A stretch of 64,000 nt of DNA from Eledone cirrhosa. Its lineage: Eukaryota. The stretch covers positions 62,620,001 through 62,684,000 of the forward strand of contig OZ024743.1 in assembly GCA_964016885.1 (NCBI GenBank), written 5' to 3'. Under the pieces are notes generated by a model, which did not search any database, was not told the DNA's origin, and saw only the letters and a list, made by a program, of their open reading frames with translations. This document shows positions 26,770-38,416 of this stretch, one piece after another. Made by a program: the position numbers and the translations under genes. The stretch's first letter is position 1. Every line of letters starts with the position of its first letter.

Positions 26770-27222
26770 AAATTTACCTTTCCCACAAATGTTGACAAAT
26801 GCCCAAAACTCCGAGTTGGAACCATTAATGTAAGCACAATGAAAGGAAGGGCAGGAGAAATCGTAGAGATGCTAGAGCGAAAGAAAATTGATGTATGCTG
26901 TGTGCAAGAGACTAGATGGAGAGGAGAGTCTGCTAGAGTCCTTGTAGGCAGAAGGCAGTGCTACAAATTTTTCTGGGTGAGAAATGACGATGGGATGGGT
27001 GGTGTAGGTATCCTACTAGCTGACAAATGGGTAGATAAGGTAATCTCAGTGAACAGGGTGAATGCAAGAATCATTAAACTCAGACTAGTCATGAATAAAA
27101 CAATTGCCACAATAATATCAGCTTACGCACCCCAATCGGAGTTGCCAGACGAACTTAGAGATAGGTTTTACTGCTCTAACAAACGTCAATGACTTCCTAA
27201 CTATTGCAGGAGATTTTAACGG
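26770..27222 (+). mobile_element. RTE LINE APE endonuclease fragment
   Basis: Motifs RVGTINV, DVCCVQETRW, GVGILL and IISAYAPQ, followed by a frameshifted AGDFNG. Confidence 0.9.
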
Positions 27223-27433
27223 TTGGCAAAACCGGCCATTTATCGCTCGTATACAGGAAACTGACTGGCCAGTCTGCTGATAGGCAAATCTGGCTGATCA
27301 GTGGATCTGCTAATATGCAGATCTGACTGATCAGCCAGTCTGCTAATATGCAAATCAGACCGATCAGTCACTGCGTATTTTTGAAAATAGTATATATTTT
27401 TATTAGCTCTGACAGTTTGGTAGGTGAACAGTG

Positions 27434-27481
27434 AGCTGTACTGATGAAGAGTGATACCCAGAAACATTAGTGTCTGCAGTT
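27434..27481 (+). ncRNA. Type I hammerhead ribozyme with degenerate stem II
   Basis: agctgta-CUGAUGA-agagtgataccca-GAAA-cattagtg-UC-tgcagtt. Stem I is 7 bp with GU pairs, stem III is near-palindromic, and the triplet is GUC. Confidence 0.75.
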
Positions 27482-28007
27482 CTGTTCGCATGCCAACACA
27501 AGAGCAAGGATGAAGGGTTCATTCTACTGACATGGCTATAAAATTGAGGCTTGTTTGCATAATTGCAAACGAATCTAATGTTATTAATATTTGAAAAACT
27601 CACATTACATTTATTATATATATATATCAGGGGCGAAGGGTCCGTGCATGAAACGCATGCAGTGCATGCGTTATAGAATCTTGAGTTGATCAATTGCGTC
27701 GGTTGAAGCAAGCAGAATTTTGGCTGCTTACTAAAACGTATAGACACAAAAAAAGATAACACACACATGCACACACACACATACACACAAACATATACAC
27801 ACAAATACATGACAGCTTTGGGGCAAGTAGAATTTAGACTGCTTACTAAATCGTAGACACATAAAAAGATAACACACACACACACAAATACACAACAGCT
27901 CTGGGGCAAGCAGAATTTTGACTGCTTACTATTTAACACACTGTACTATATTCTGTTGGTTAAGTTGTATATTATTGCATTACTATATCTCATTATCTTA
28001 TTGTGTA

Positions 28008-28153
28008 TTGGCAGTATTGGTAGATAGTCGGATGCCATGCTTTGACGCATAGAGTTACGGCCCTTGCTATTCTGAGTTCAAATCCCGCCAAGGTTAACTT
28101 TGCCTTTCATCCTTACGGGGTCAAGTAAAACACTGAGTAATTGCTGGCCTTGT
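28008..28153 (+). mobile_element. tRNA-derived SINE
   Basis: A-box tggcagtattggtag, B-box gagttcaaatccc, core gcctttcatccttacggggtc and tail gtagaaacaatt. Confidence 0.9.
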
Positions 28154-28844
28154 GCCTAACGTAGAAACAATTATCTTATTATAATTTTCATCTTTTAATA
28201 TACTATCTTTCCTAGCCATAACCTTAATTTATATTCACCTTAAAACTCAATACAACACTAATCACCATTTATTTTGACATTCCTTTTAAATTCACTATAC
28301 AAGATACATTCAACTATCAATCCCCTTGACAATCCCCTTGACAATCCCCTTCCTTCCTAATAGATTTTTATGCCATTTCTACTAACACCTTTCAACCATT
28401 CCTTTCAAAGTATCATGACCTCAACTAAAGTGTATTACTTTTCATCTTAACACCATATGAAAAAAACAATTTGATTCGTTAGTTCTTCAACTACCTCCAA
28501 ATATGGACATGATACTAATTCTGAGTAAAATTATTATTGCTTTTGAAAACAGCTGGTGATATGCATGTAAGTAAATATTCTCTCTATCTGATAGTTTGTA
28601 AACTTACATAGATCAATAACTGAGTATAGATACAATGTATTATCACGATCGTAAAGCAGTGAAGTATATCTCTAATGACTTGATTTTTTATTTCATTGTT
28701 TTAACTTATATCATGACTCTGTTTTCCTTTTAATGTTTTATTGTTTTCTGAGATTTATCTTAACCTACAACATTTTCAACATATGGATTACATTGAGTTC
28801 TTCATACAGAATAGACCCCACAACTTACAGTGGATACCTCTGTG

Positions 28845-28892
<48 letters not shown>

Positions 28893-29195
28893 CTTTACTC
28901 TATATCCCACCTTTATAACTTATCGAGATTTCCTATAATACACTTAAACTTTTTCATATAAGACTCGGTAATTTCATTAAATAATTCTCGCAACACAAAC
29001 CTTTAATTTTCTATTAATTTTCTAATAATTTAATTTCATCCTATAATTCTTAACATAAGTTAACGTTCCAATTTTCTGTTCACACAGACTATACAGACAC
29101 CCATATATATGCCTTTGTTAAAATATGGGTTCTTTGGAATAACTTTTTTCGCGGCGTCTTCTAGCATGACTGTAGTGTAACCCTTATGCTGACTT

Positions 29196-29304
<109 letters not shown>

Positions 29305-29493
29305 TTTTATTCTCTGACGGAGAGGTGGTAGTACATTATAAGCCTTCGCCCCCTCACCAGATCGTCATTAGTAGACCAAGTTGCCATCACTTGAGGGCGA
29401 CTGACCAAAGTGAAAGCAGCTAGTTGGTCAGTCGTCCTCTCTGTCTCTGATTTCGGACTCATGGATTTTATATATTCCTTTGTTATATTTCGA

Positions 29494-29551
29494 ATACCTG
29501 ATGATATCACCGGATTCATACGGAACCCGGTCATTGAAATGATCATAGTAT
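29494..29551 (+). ncRNA. Type I hammerhead ribozyme
   Basis: atac-CUGAUGA-[accgg..ttc/gaa..ccggt stem II]-GAAA-tgatca-UA-gtat. Stem III is the palindrome atgatcat, the triplet is AUA, and aataaa follows. Confidence 0.8.
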
Positions 29552-30402
29552 AATAAACTTTTCAAGCATTTACACCAGTCCAACCTCCTGTTATTTTATT
29601 TATAATAATTAACTCAGTATTAGCACCACCAACTACACAAACGAAGGCGGGTGAACTGCACTGCGTTGAGTACTCTCTATAATATTACATCAAGATTGAC
29701 CATACGGAATGACCAATTCTATCGAGTGGTGAACCAACAAACCTAAATAAATATATATTTATATGCAGAGGTTATATTTAATTTGTTGGGATTCAACAAG
29801 CTTAAACATTTTTATAACTGATATAAAGCACAATTATCTCCACTATCCAGCGAATTTCAACCATTGAGGTTGTCTTTTTTCCGGGTGTCAATATTTATTT
29901 ATAAAACAAATCTGTATTTTATCTGATGAAAGCGCACCATAATTTACCTTGGTCGCCTATGAAATATATATAATAAAATAATTATGTTTTATAAATATAG
30001 TTTCCATTTATTAATATATTGTATATATATACATACACACAAATATATACGCACCCATATATGTACACACAAACACACACACATATAAATATGTATACAC
30101 ATAAATACAAACACAAAAGGCTCTATATGTATACGCACATACATATATAGACATACATATCATATCCATAGATGCATGTATATATATATATATATATATA
30201 TACATATGCATACATATATTAATATGTACAAACCATTGGGAAGTAGTTCAAGGGCATAAATAAATAAATAAGATTTAAAAAATTCAAAAAATATATAAGA
30301 AAATAAAAATAAAAATAAAGCCATAAAGGGACGTGTTGACAACGAAGGGTGGGGTGGATAATAAAATATAAATACAAACAACGTAAAAATAAACAAAAGA
30401 TC

Positions 30403-30447
<45 letters not shown>

Positions 30448-30574
30448 CATATCATGTGTGCCCCCTCTTATCGAGAATGGCCATTGCAGAGGAGAAAAAA
30501 AAAACCCATAATAATAACAACAACAACAATAATATACACATATATATATACACACACTCACATAAACATATCTA

Positions 30575-33500
30575 CACACACACACGATAGCAACTAACAG
30601 CGCTGCGATCGAATGTGGCTTTTTAGCACAGCCAATGATCCAAAATGTCTTGCACAGAGCTGGCAACCAAAACATTCACTGGGAATAGCCGGCTGTGGTT
30701 GGAGTTCATGTACTTTTGCATGTCGCTTGAGCCCTCCTGCTGATTTACATTCTCTACCACATGCTTGGCAAGCATGATGAGTAGCATCTCCAGCAGCAGC
30801 CTGGTAGTCAACCACTGGTCTTACTTTATGACTGCGAAGATGACTTTCGAGTCCAGCTTTGCTTAGGCAGAGTCTCGCACAGACGCTGCATGTCAGCACC
30901 ATAGGAGGACCCTCGCCGTCTGGAAGTGCAACAGCAATGCCCTTCCTCACATCCCGCTTTACTTTCTCGTATGCGATTCGAGATGCCTCAAAGGCAACGT
31001 TTCCCTCATATACAGTCTTTCTCCATTTATTACGATCAGCAGCAACATTTCTCCATGTATCATCAGAGACGCTAGCATCTGTCAAAGAGGCTTTCAAGGA
31101 ATCCTTATACCTCTTTTTTGGTTTATGTGGCGGTCGTTTTCCTTTAACCAACTCTCCATAAAAGAGTTGTTTTGGTATTCTAGAATCCTTCATTCTGGCA
31201 AGGTGACCACTCCAATGGAGTCTTTGCTAAAGCACAAGAGCTTCTATATTGTCACACATAGAGCTTTCCAAAATCTCGATATCACTGATGTGGTCCCTCC
31301 AGTGAACGCCATGGATCCGTCTGAGACACATCTGATGGAAACGCTCCAATTGCTTAAGGTGGTGTCGATATGTGACCCAGGTCTCGCAGGCATAAAGAAG
31401 AGAAGAGAGCACACATGCCTTGTACACTTTTACCTTTGTCTTCTTGCATATGTCTCGCCGACTCCAGAGTCGCCTTTCTAGCTTTCCGAAAGCATTACTT
31501 GCTTTCCTAATCCTGAGTGGGATTTCATTATCAAGGTTGCTGTATCTATTGACAGTGCTTCCCAGGTAGACAAACTGATCAACCACTCCAAGTCGTTTAC
31601 CATACACATAGATATTGGTTCACTGTACTGCCTACCAGGGACAGGTTGGTACATGACGACGGTTTCCTTGAGACTGACAGTCAATCCTAGGGCAGTGCAA
31701 GCATCAGAAAATGCATTCAAAATGTGCTGCATATCACTCTCTGTGTGCATTGCAATATCGTAATCATCTGCATACAAGAGGTCTCTTATGATTGATGTAA
31801 ATACTTTTGTTTTTGCAGCAAAGCGCCTGAGGTTTGATATTGGATGTAAACACCATGCTCGCAATTCCTGAATGCAATATAGAAAACCATTGCAAAGTAT
31901 ATGGCAAACAGGGTCGGTGCTGGAGTATCCCCTCGTTTCACTCCCTTTTTTACTGAGATAGGTTCCGACATTAACCGAAGCCTTCATGTCGTCATGGAAA
32001 GACCTAACCAAAACAAGGAACTTATCAAGGCAACCAAGTTTCTGGAGAACCTTTCATAATGGATTTCTGTTAACAGTATCGAAAGCTTTTGTCAGATCGA
32101 CAAAAACCTGATACAGATCCAAACCTTGTTCCATGCACTTCTCCTGGAGCTGTCTAGCTGAGAAGATCATATCAGTAGTGCCGCGTCCAGCACAAAAACC
32201 AGATTGACTTTCCGGAAGAACACAATCTGCAATGTGTGTCAGCAGACGGTCCCGAAGCACCCTACATAAAACTTTCCCTACGACAGAAAGCAATGATATA
32301 CCTCTGTAGTTCCCACAATCATTCCTGTTACCCTTTCACTTGTACAAGACCACCATTACTGCATCTCTCCAGTCCTCAGGTACGGATTCATTAGCCCATA
32401 TCCTGCCAAACAAAGAGTGAAGATGTTGCAGAAGTCTCTCACCACCATATTGTAGGAGCTCTGCATGTATGCCATCCATACCTGAAGACCTTCCACTGTT
32501 CAGCTTCGAGATAGCTACTGCAACCTCCACAAGCGTCGGATGTTCTGCGAGAGCTACTTTCACAGGACTTTCTGGAATGAGATTGAGGAAATCTTCATTG
32601 ACGACAGATAGCTGATTCAAAAGTTCATGAAAGTGCTCTCGCCACCTTCGTAGAATTCCTTGTGAGTCACAAAGAAGTTCTTTGCCATCCTTGCTGCGAA
32701 GCGGTGTCACCAGAGAAGAAGACGGTCAATAAACTTCACGCAAGAGACTGTACAACAGCTTTGTGTTATTGGAATCTGATGCAGCTTGTATCTCATCAGC
32801 CTTCTCACTCCACCACTGATCCTTCATCTGAGAAAGACTCCGCCTAACACGTGATTTCACATCCTTGAGTTCCTTATGCAACATATTCTTCTCCTGTGGT
32901 TTTGCCATCAAGTAGCGTGACAGAGCACGCCTCTTATCAGCCAACAAGTCTTCTATATGTTCATCATTCTCATTAAACCAGTCTTGATGTTTTCTCTGCA
33001 CCAATCCCAGAACATGCCTGCCTACATTATAAACCAACTTTTTACGGATCGGCCAATCCTCATCAAGATCTGCAACCTGCATCTCATCTTGCAATGTCCT
33101 CTTTACATTTTTATCCCTAAGACGAGCAGTATTCAATCTTCTGGGCAGGGTAACACCAGGAGCCCGGATTTTACGTTTCGTGATTAGTTTCACTTTTGCG
33201 CATACCAGGCGGTGGTCCGTCCAGCACTCAGCTCCACGAAGAGCACGGACACATTGCACATCTCGTCTGTCATGCATCCTGACAAGGACGTAGTTCAAAA
33301 GATGCCATTCCTTAGATGCAGGATGCATCTATGTAGTCTTAAATTTTTTTTTTTGTTGGAACATGGTGTTGGTAACACACAGATCCAGCTCCTCACACAT
33401 CTGCAGCAGGAGCATACCATTGTTGTTACACTTTCTCACCCCATGCCTTCCGATTACATTCCATGTGTTAAAATCCCTACCCATTCTAGCATTAAAGTCA

Positions 33501-33930
33501 CCAAGCACGATGACTTTGTCTGCCTGAGGGATATTTGTTAAAACACCTTTCAAGGCATGGTAAAAGGACAGTTTTTCTTCATCGACAAAATTCATAGTTG
33601 GAGCATACACACTCACCAGGGTCGCATATCTTCCTTTGTCCAGCGGAATTCTCATGGACATAAGACGCTCACTAATCCCCCACTGGGAATTCTTCCACAA
33701 GAGCAGTCTTAACGGCAAATGCTACCCCAGCCTCTCTTCTGGTTCCTTCATCTCTTCCTTTCCAGAAGAATGTATATTCTCCACAAAATTCTGTAAGATG
33801 ACCATCTTCAGATAAAACCACAATGTCAAGATCGTAACGTCGAAGCTCCTTTGCAACAAGAGCGGTCCTTCGTTCAGGACGTTCCAAGGAATCCCTGTCA
33901 AGCAGCGTCCGTACGTTCCAGCAGCCAAGA
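30575..33930 (-). mobile_element. Near full-length, decayed RTE (BovB-like) LINE with three C-terminal C2H2 zinc fingers
   Basis: Motifs WNVRTLLD..RPERRTALVA, YAPT, GDFNAR, WTDHRLV, VDLTKAFD, LLYADD, YLGS and RIPKQLFYGEL, then CxxC..H..H repeats. Multiple frameshifts and a (GT)n tail. Confidence 0.93.
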
Positions 33931-33937
33931 CTATATA

Positions 33938-34404
33938 TGTTTCACACTGTTGGTGTTCATCAGAGCTTAGCACTTGCCGACCTTTGCTGAAAATTATAAA
34001 GAAACAGATCTGTCAGTTTATCTCCGTTCGTTTGTTGAAAAAAGAAGTAAGTGACATAATCACTACTTTAAAATAATAGCGCAAGGTCTTCAAAATGTTT
34101 ATAATTAAGCATACAGTATATTGCCAAATATTTAAAATTTTCAATTTTTGCTGGATCGGCATTCGCTCTGTATAATCAGTTCCTGATTATTACTGGAATT
34201 CTATAAGAATCCAGCCTCTATAATTTTCAGCAAAGGTCGGCGAGTGCTAAGCTCTGATGAACACCAACAGTGTGAAACAGATCTGTCAGCTTATCTCCCT
34301 TCGTTTGTTGAAAAAAGAAGTAAGTGACATAGTCACTACTTTAAAATAATAGCACAAGGTCTTTAAAATGTTTTTAATTAAGCATACAGTATATTGCCAA
34401 ATAT
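33938..34404 (+). mobile_element. Retrozyme-like or PLE pseudo-LTR element: inverted 5' segment plus ~1.5 tandem 273-bp units, in TA-rich flanks
   Basis: 34001-34131 repeats at 34274-34404. 33938-33998 is the reverse complement of 34219-34279. Contains a hammerhead. Confidence 0.85.
34248..34293 (+). ncRNA. Canonical minimal type I hammerhead ribozyme
   Basis: taagct-CUGAUGA-acac(caaca)gtgt-GAAA-cagatctg-UC-agctta. Stem I is 6 bp, stem II is 4 bp, and stem III is the palindrome acagatctgt. Predicted cleavage is after C34287. Confidence 0.92.
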
Positions 34405-34432
34405 ACTATACATATATTCATATATATATATA

Positions 34433-34833
34433 CTAGCAGATGTACCTGGCGTTGCTCGGGAAATGAATGACAGCCTGAATTGTTCAAGGTCATTTATGGC
34501 TTAGCTAGCAATTTCTGAATGCATGTCAGCTAATTGGCTAGCCAATGAGAGGTCGCCTCAATAGCACGTGCCAAATCGGCCTAGTACTTCAAAGGTTAAA
34601 AGGAGCCTAGTATTTGTACACAGACAGATACACACACAAAATCGATTTTTCGGCCCCAATATCAATTTTTTTTTCAAATTTGTTTTTGTCCAAAACCTGC
34701 TCTGGTATATAAGCAACATGTGTGCTAAATTTGGTTGAAATCGGCCTAGTACTTCAAAAGTTAAAAGGAGCCTAGTGTTTGTACACAGACAGACAGACAC
34801 ACACACAGACCGACTTGCTTTTATATATATAGA
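34433..34833 (-). mobile_element. Non-autonomous Helitron
   Basis: The minus strand starts a|TCtatatatataaaa and ends with the hairpin cccgagcaacgccagg, then CTAG|t. Internal (CAGA)n and a ~55-bp duplication. Confidence 0.8.
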
Positions 34834-34843
34834 TATATATATA

Positions 34844-35033
34844 ATAGGGAAAAGTATGACCCCGACGGCAGAGCTCAAGCTGTTTCGATGGCTTTTTCCA
34901 GAAATAGCCGTCGAAACGACTTGAGCTCTGCCGTCGGGGTCATACTTTTTCCTATTTCCCACTCTACTACCCTAAGTATTGAGTACTCTGGTGCGTTATG
35001 GTCAAACTGGTTCCTTACCACAATTCCTTTGTT
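34844..35033 (+). mobile_element. Truncated hammerhead-family element with a terminal palindrome, in (TA)n
   Basis: 34844-34955 is an imperfect palindrome containing gccgtcGAAAcgacttgagctctgccGTCggggt. The tail is homologous to 49664-49745. Confidence 0.85.
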
Positions 35034-35535
35034 ATATATATACATACAAAAGATACACACACACATGCACACATACATGTATATATGTATAAATACAAAT
35101 ATATGTGTATGTACACATATGCCTGCCTGCATATGCGCCCACATACAACCATATATGAGTACACTTAAAAACATAGTGGGTATGTAAGGACAGGGGGTGG
35201 GTATAACTGAAATCAAATAATATAAAAAAATTTAGATGAACAGGTGAGTGAGAAAAGGGGTGTATAACTTGTGGTAGAGAGTAAGTGTTTGTGAAGAGAT
35301 CTGGATAAGGGTATATAGTTAAAAAGTGATCTGGGTAAAGGTAGAGTACAGGATGAAGGTGGTAGGTGTGTAATGTGTTAAAGGTATGGTAGAAAATAGG
35401 GGGGTGTTATAAGTCAAATGAAAAAAATATTGATAAAGATGAGGGAGAAAAAAATGTATATATTGGTAGAAAGTATGTATTCATAAGGTGATGATATTGG
35501 TAGTGAGTGGAAGGCGTGATATGTAAAGTGGAAGC

Positions 35536-37100
35536 TCAGGGTGGTTGAGTAATCATTGGTGTGTTAATCCAGCTAAAAAGTAGATGCGATTTCAGGTGCG
35601 GACAACATCTAAAGATCTCGGTCTTAGAGTTGAGACAAGTGGGAGGAGTTTTCAAATTTTGGAAAATTCTGAATTTTTCCGTAGTACACAAAGAACTTTT
35701 CTTTGTGCCCCTTTGGTATTCTCTTGAGTGTTCTAAAATAGACCAATCAGTAGAGTATGGAATGTTTTTTGTCTTTAAACTCCCGCACTTTATTTGCCAG
35801 TGCCGTTGCTGTTCTTTATTCAGGGTGTTTGAAAGAAGCGACATGTGCATAGTACCTGGTTTTAAATCTGTCCTGAGTCATGCCAACATATTGTTCACTT
35901 CTGGCTATCTGGTTATTAATCATCGGTGTCAACTTGGCCTCATACACAATGGATTTGGTATTACATTTGCCCTGTAATGGGCATTCTTCCAGTTTCCTGC
36001 AGCTGCATCCTGGATTTACTCTAGTACCATTTGAGTTGGTAATTTTAGTTTTCATTGATGGGCAGCAAGAGTAGCTGATTTTAACTAAATTTCTATTAAA
36101 TATCTTATATCTATGATTAGAAGTTCGAGGAATTCGGTGAAGCCGCTGTTATTGAGGGCCTTATTATATAATAAGGGGAAGCTTTGTTAAAAATATCTAT
36201 AAACGAAGATAAGGTAGAGATCTTACGGCTAATGTTAGGAATAAGATTTTTAAAGACTATAGGGGTATGGCAAGACTCTTTGTGTATATATCTTAAATTC
36301 TCATTGGGTTTATGATAAGGTTTAAAAGAGGCAGTAAGTAGGTCAAGATTGATATCAAGGAAGTTAGTATTAGTAAGATTCGTATCTATAGTAATTTTAA
36401 GGTTTAAGTTAGCAAAGGTATTGATTAAGTCTTTACGGAATTTATCAAGGTTATGGCCGTTGGTGGTATGAGAAACTGTCAAATCATCGTCTCGGTATAA
36501 ACCGATATTATGGCAAGGAAATTTCTCTTTAAGGGTGTGGAGGAGGAATAATCCTACTAAGTTGCACACATCGGTGCTATCAAATGAGCCCATCGCGACA
36601 TCAAAACTTTTCAGGGCTTGATTTTTTAACACAAGTAACTTCATTAGCAAAAAGTAGTGTTTTCCTAGCATGTAAGATAACATCTTCTTCTAATTTAGAA
36701 ATATTAATGAAAAGTCTAGCAAAAACTAAGGCTTTAGTTAATAAGGATTCTGTGATAGAGGGGTAAAAATCAACAATATCAAATTGGGTAAATCTACACT
36801 TATTTTTTCCTTGTATATTATTAAACCAAGAAATAACAGGATGTATTTAACCATTGGGATAAGTCAGTCATAGTTCTTATTTGTAGTGTTATATTTCTTA
36901 GGATTTTTTTACTCGCAAGACCAATTTCATATTTAGCAGGGTTGATTAATCTACAACTGGGTCGATTAGTAAAGTCTAATTTATGGTCTTTAAGGGTAAT
37001 ATATGCTTTACGTTTGGCTAGGCTTTCAATTCGGTTGTCAATTTTTAAAGTGCTAGCTAGGGCTTTAGCTTCATTATTAATGGTATTATAAGTATTACTG
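35536..37100 (-). mobile_element. Penelope-like element, probably Hydra clade (RT plus C-terminal GIY-YIG), decayed
   Basis: Motifs YITLKDHK, CRLINPAK, GSFDSTDVCNLVG, LYRDD and NFLD. The linker CSCRKLEEC fits CxCx5C, followed by IVYEA..YVGMT..FKTRY and LNSKTEIFRCCPH. Frameshifted. Confidence 0.88.
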
Positions 37101-37513
37101 TTTGCTATTATATATGTATGTATATATAGAGAGAAAGAAAAATATGTACCTTGTATATATGCAATATATTGTATTCTCATGGATATATGGTTCTTCCTTT
37201 CCCTCTATATATACATATATCTTTTCATTTGAATTATTATAGCTCTGGAAAAACGTGTATTGAGAAGCACAAAAATCAAGCATACTAGATGTTTTGTTAC
37301 CTTAAATTTGTGTATAATATATATGTGTATGTGTGTGTCCTAATAACTGACAGACTACCCATCCCAAGGCGCCTGGGGAAATAAACAGGTGACAGTCTTC
37401 TTGTGTATGTATGTCTATATATATATATATATACACACACATACACAAGACGACTGTCTCCTGTTTATATATATATATATATATATATATAACATTAAAT
37501 AAAAAATCGATTG

Positions 37514-37561
<48 letters not shown>

Positions 37562-38416
37562 CTAGCAGCAGGACCCGGCGTTGCACAGGGTAGGAAACGT
37601 GAAATAGCAACACGCATATACAAAGATTGGGGAATGTAGCTGTGTACGTTTTGAATTCCCTTATTCTCAGGGAATGATTGTTTATCTACTGGAAACGTAG
37701 AACACCAGCAGGCCCGAATCGTGAAACATCTGAAGAAAATCAGCTGGATATTTGGGCGGCACTGGTAACACTGCGTTTACACAGCAACAAGTGCAACAAA
37801 AGTGGTCACCGCGGAATTAGCACAACCGCTGTTCGGCGTACTTGCACAAGGCGTTCATACTGCGGTGTAGGTGCGACAAAAGGGGTCTTAGTAGAAGTAG
37901 CACAGATGTGAATTTTACAGTGCCAACGTACACGGCAACATACACAGGACCCAGATTTGTGCGTGATGAAAGCACGAAGCATCAACAGGCCGCCGACAAA
38001 AATTTTAAGGTCCTCCTCGTTTCCTCAATCTCCCGAAAATGGTCCTGCTTAAAAGTAAGTGTTGTGTCCTTTGTTAAATAAACCAAATTTTTAACGAAAT
38101 ATTATACGCCCCAGCATGAACTCAGCCGGATGGCTGGAGCAGGAAAAAGAGTACTTACGATGTTTAAGTAGCGTTTATATTGAAAATGAAAATGGAAATG
38201 GCATGTAATGCCCAATGCTAATTCGTAAAATTTCTAGAATCCATTAATGGAATCGGAAATTAGCTGGATTATCTTTAAGTTACACCTCAAAAAAGCCTAC
38301 AAATGCCTTTAGAATGCGGTTTTACGCCTAATGCGTAAAGTTTGAAAAAAATCGGTCGGGTATTTCTCAAGTTTTAGGGATTTACACAGACAGACAGACA
38401 TCCTCTGTTTTATATA

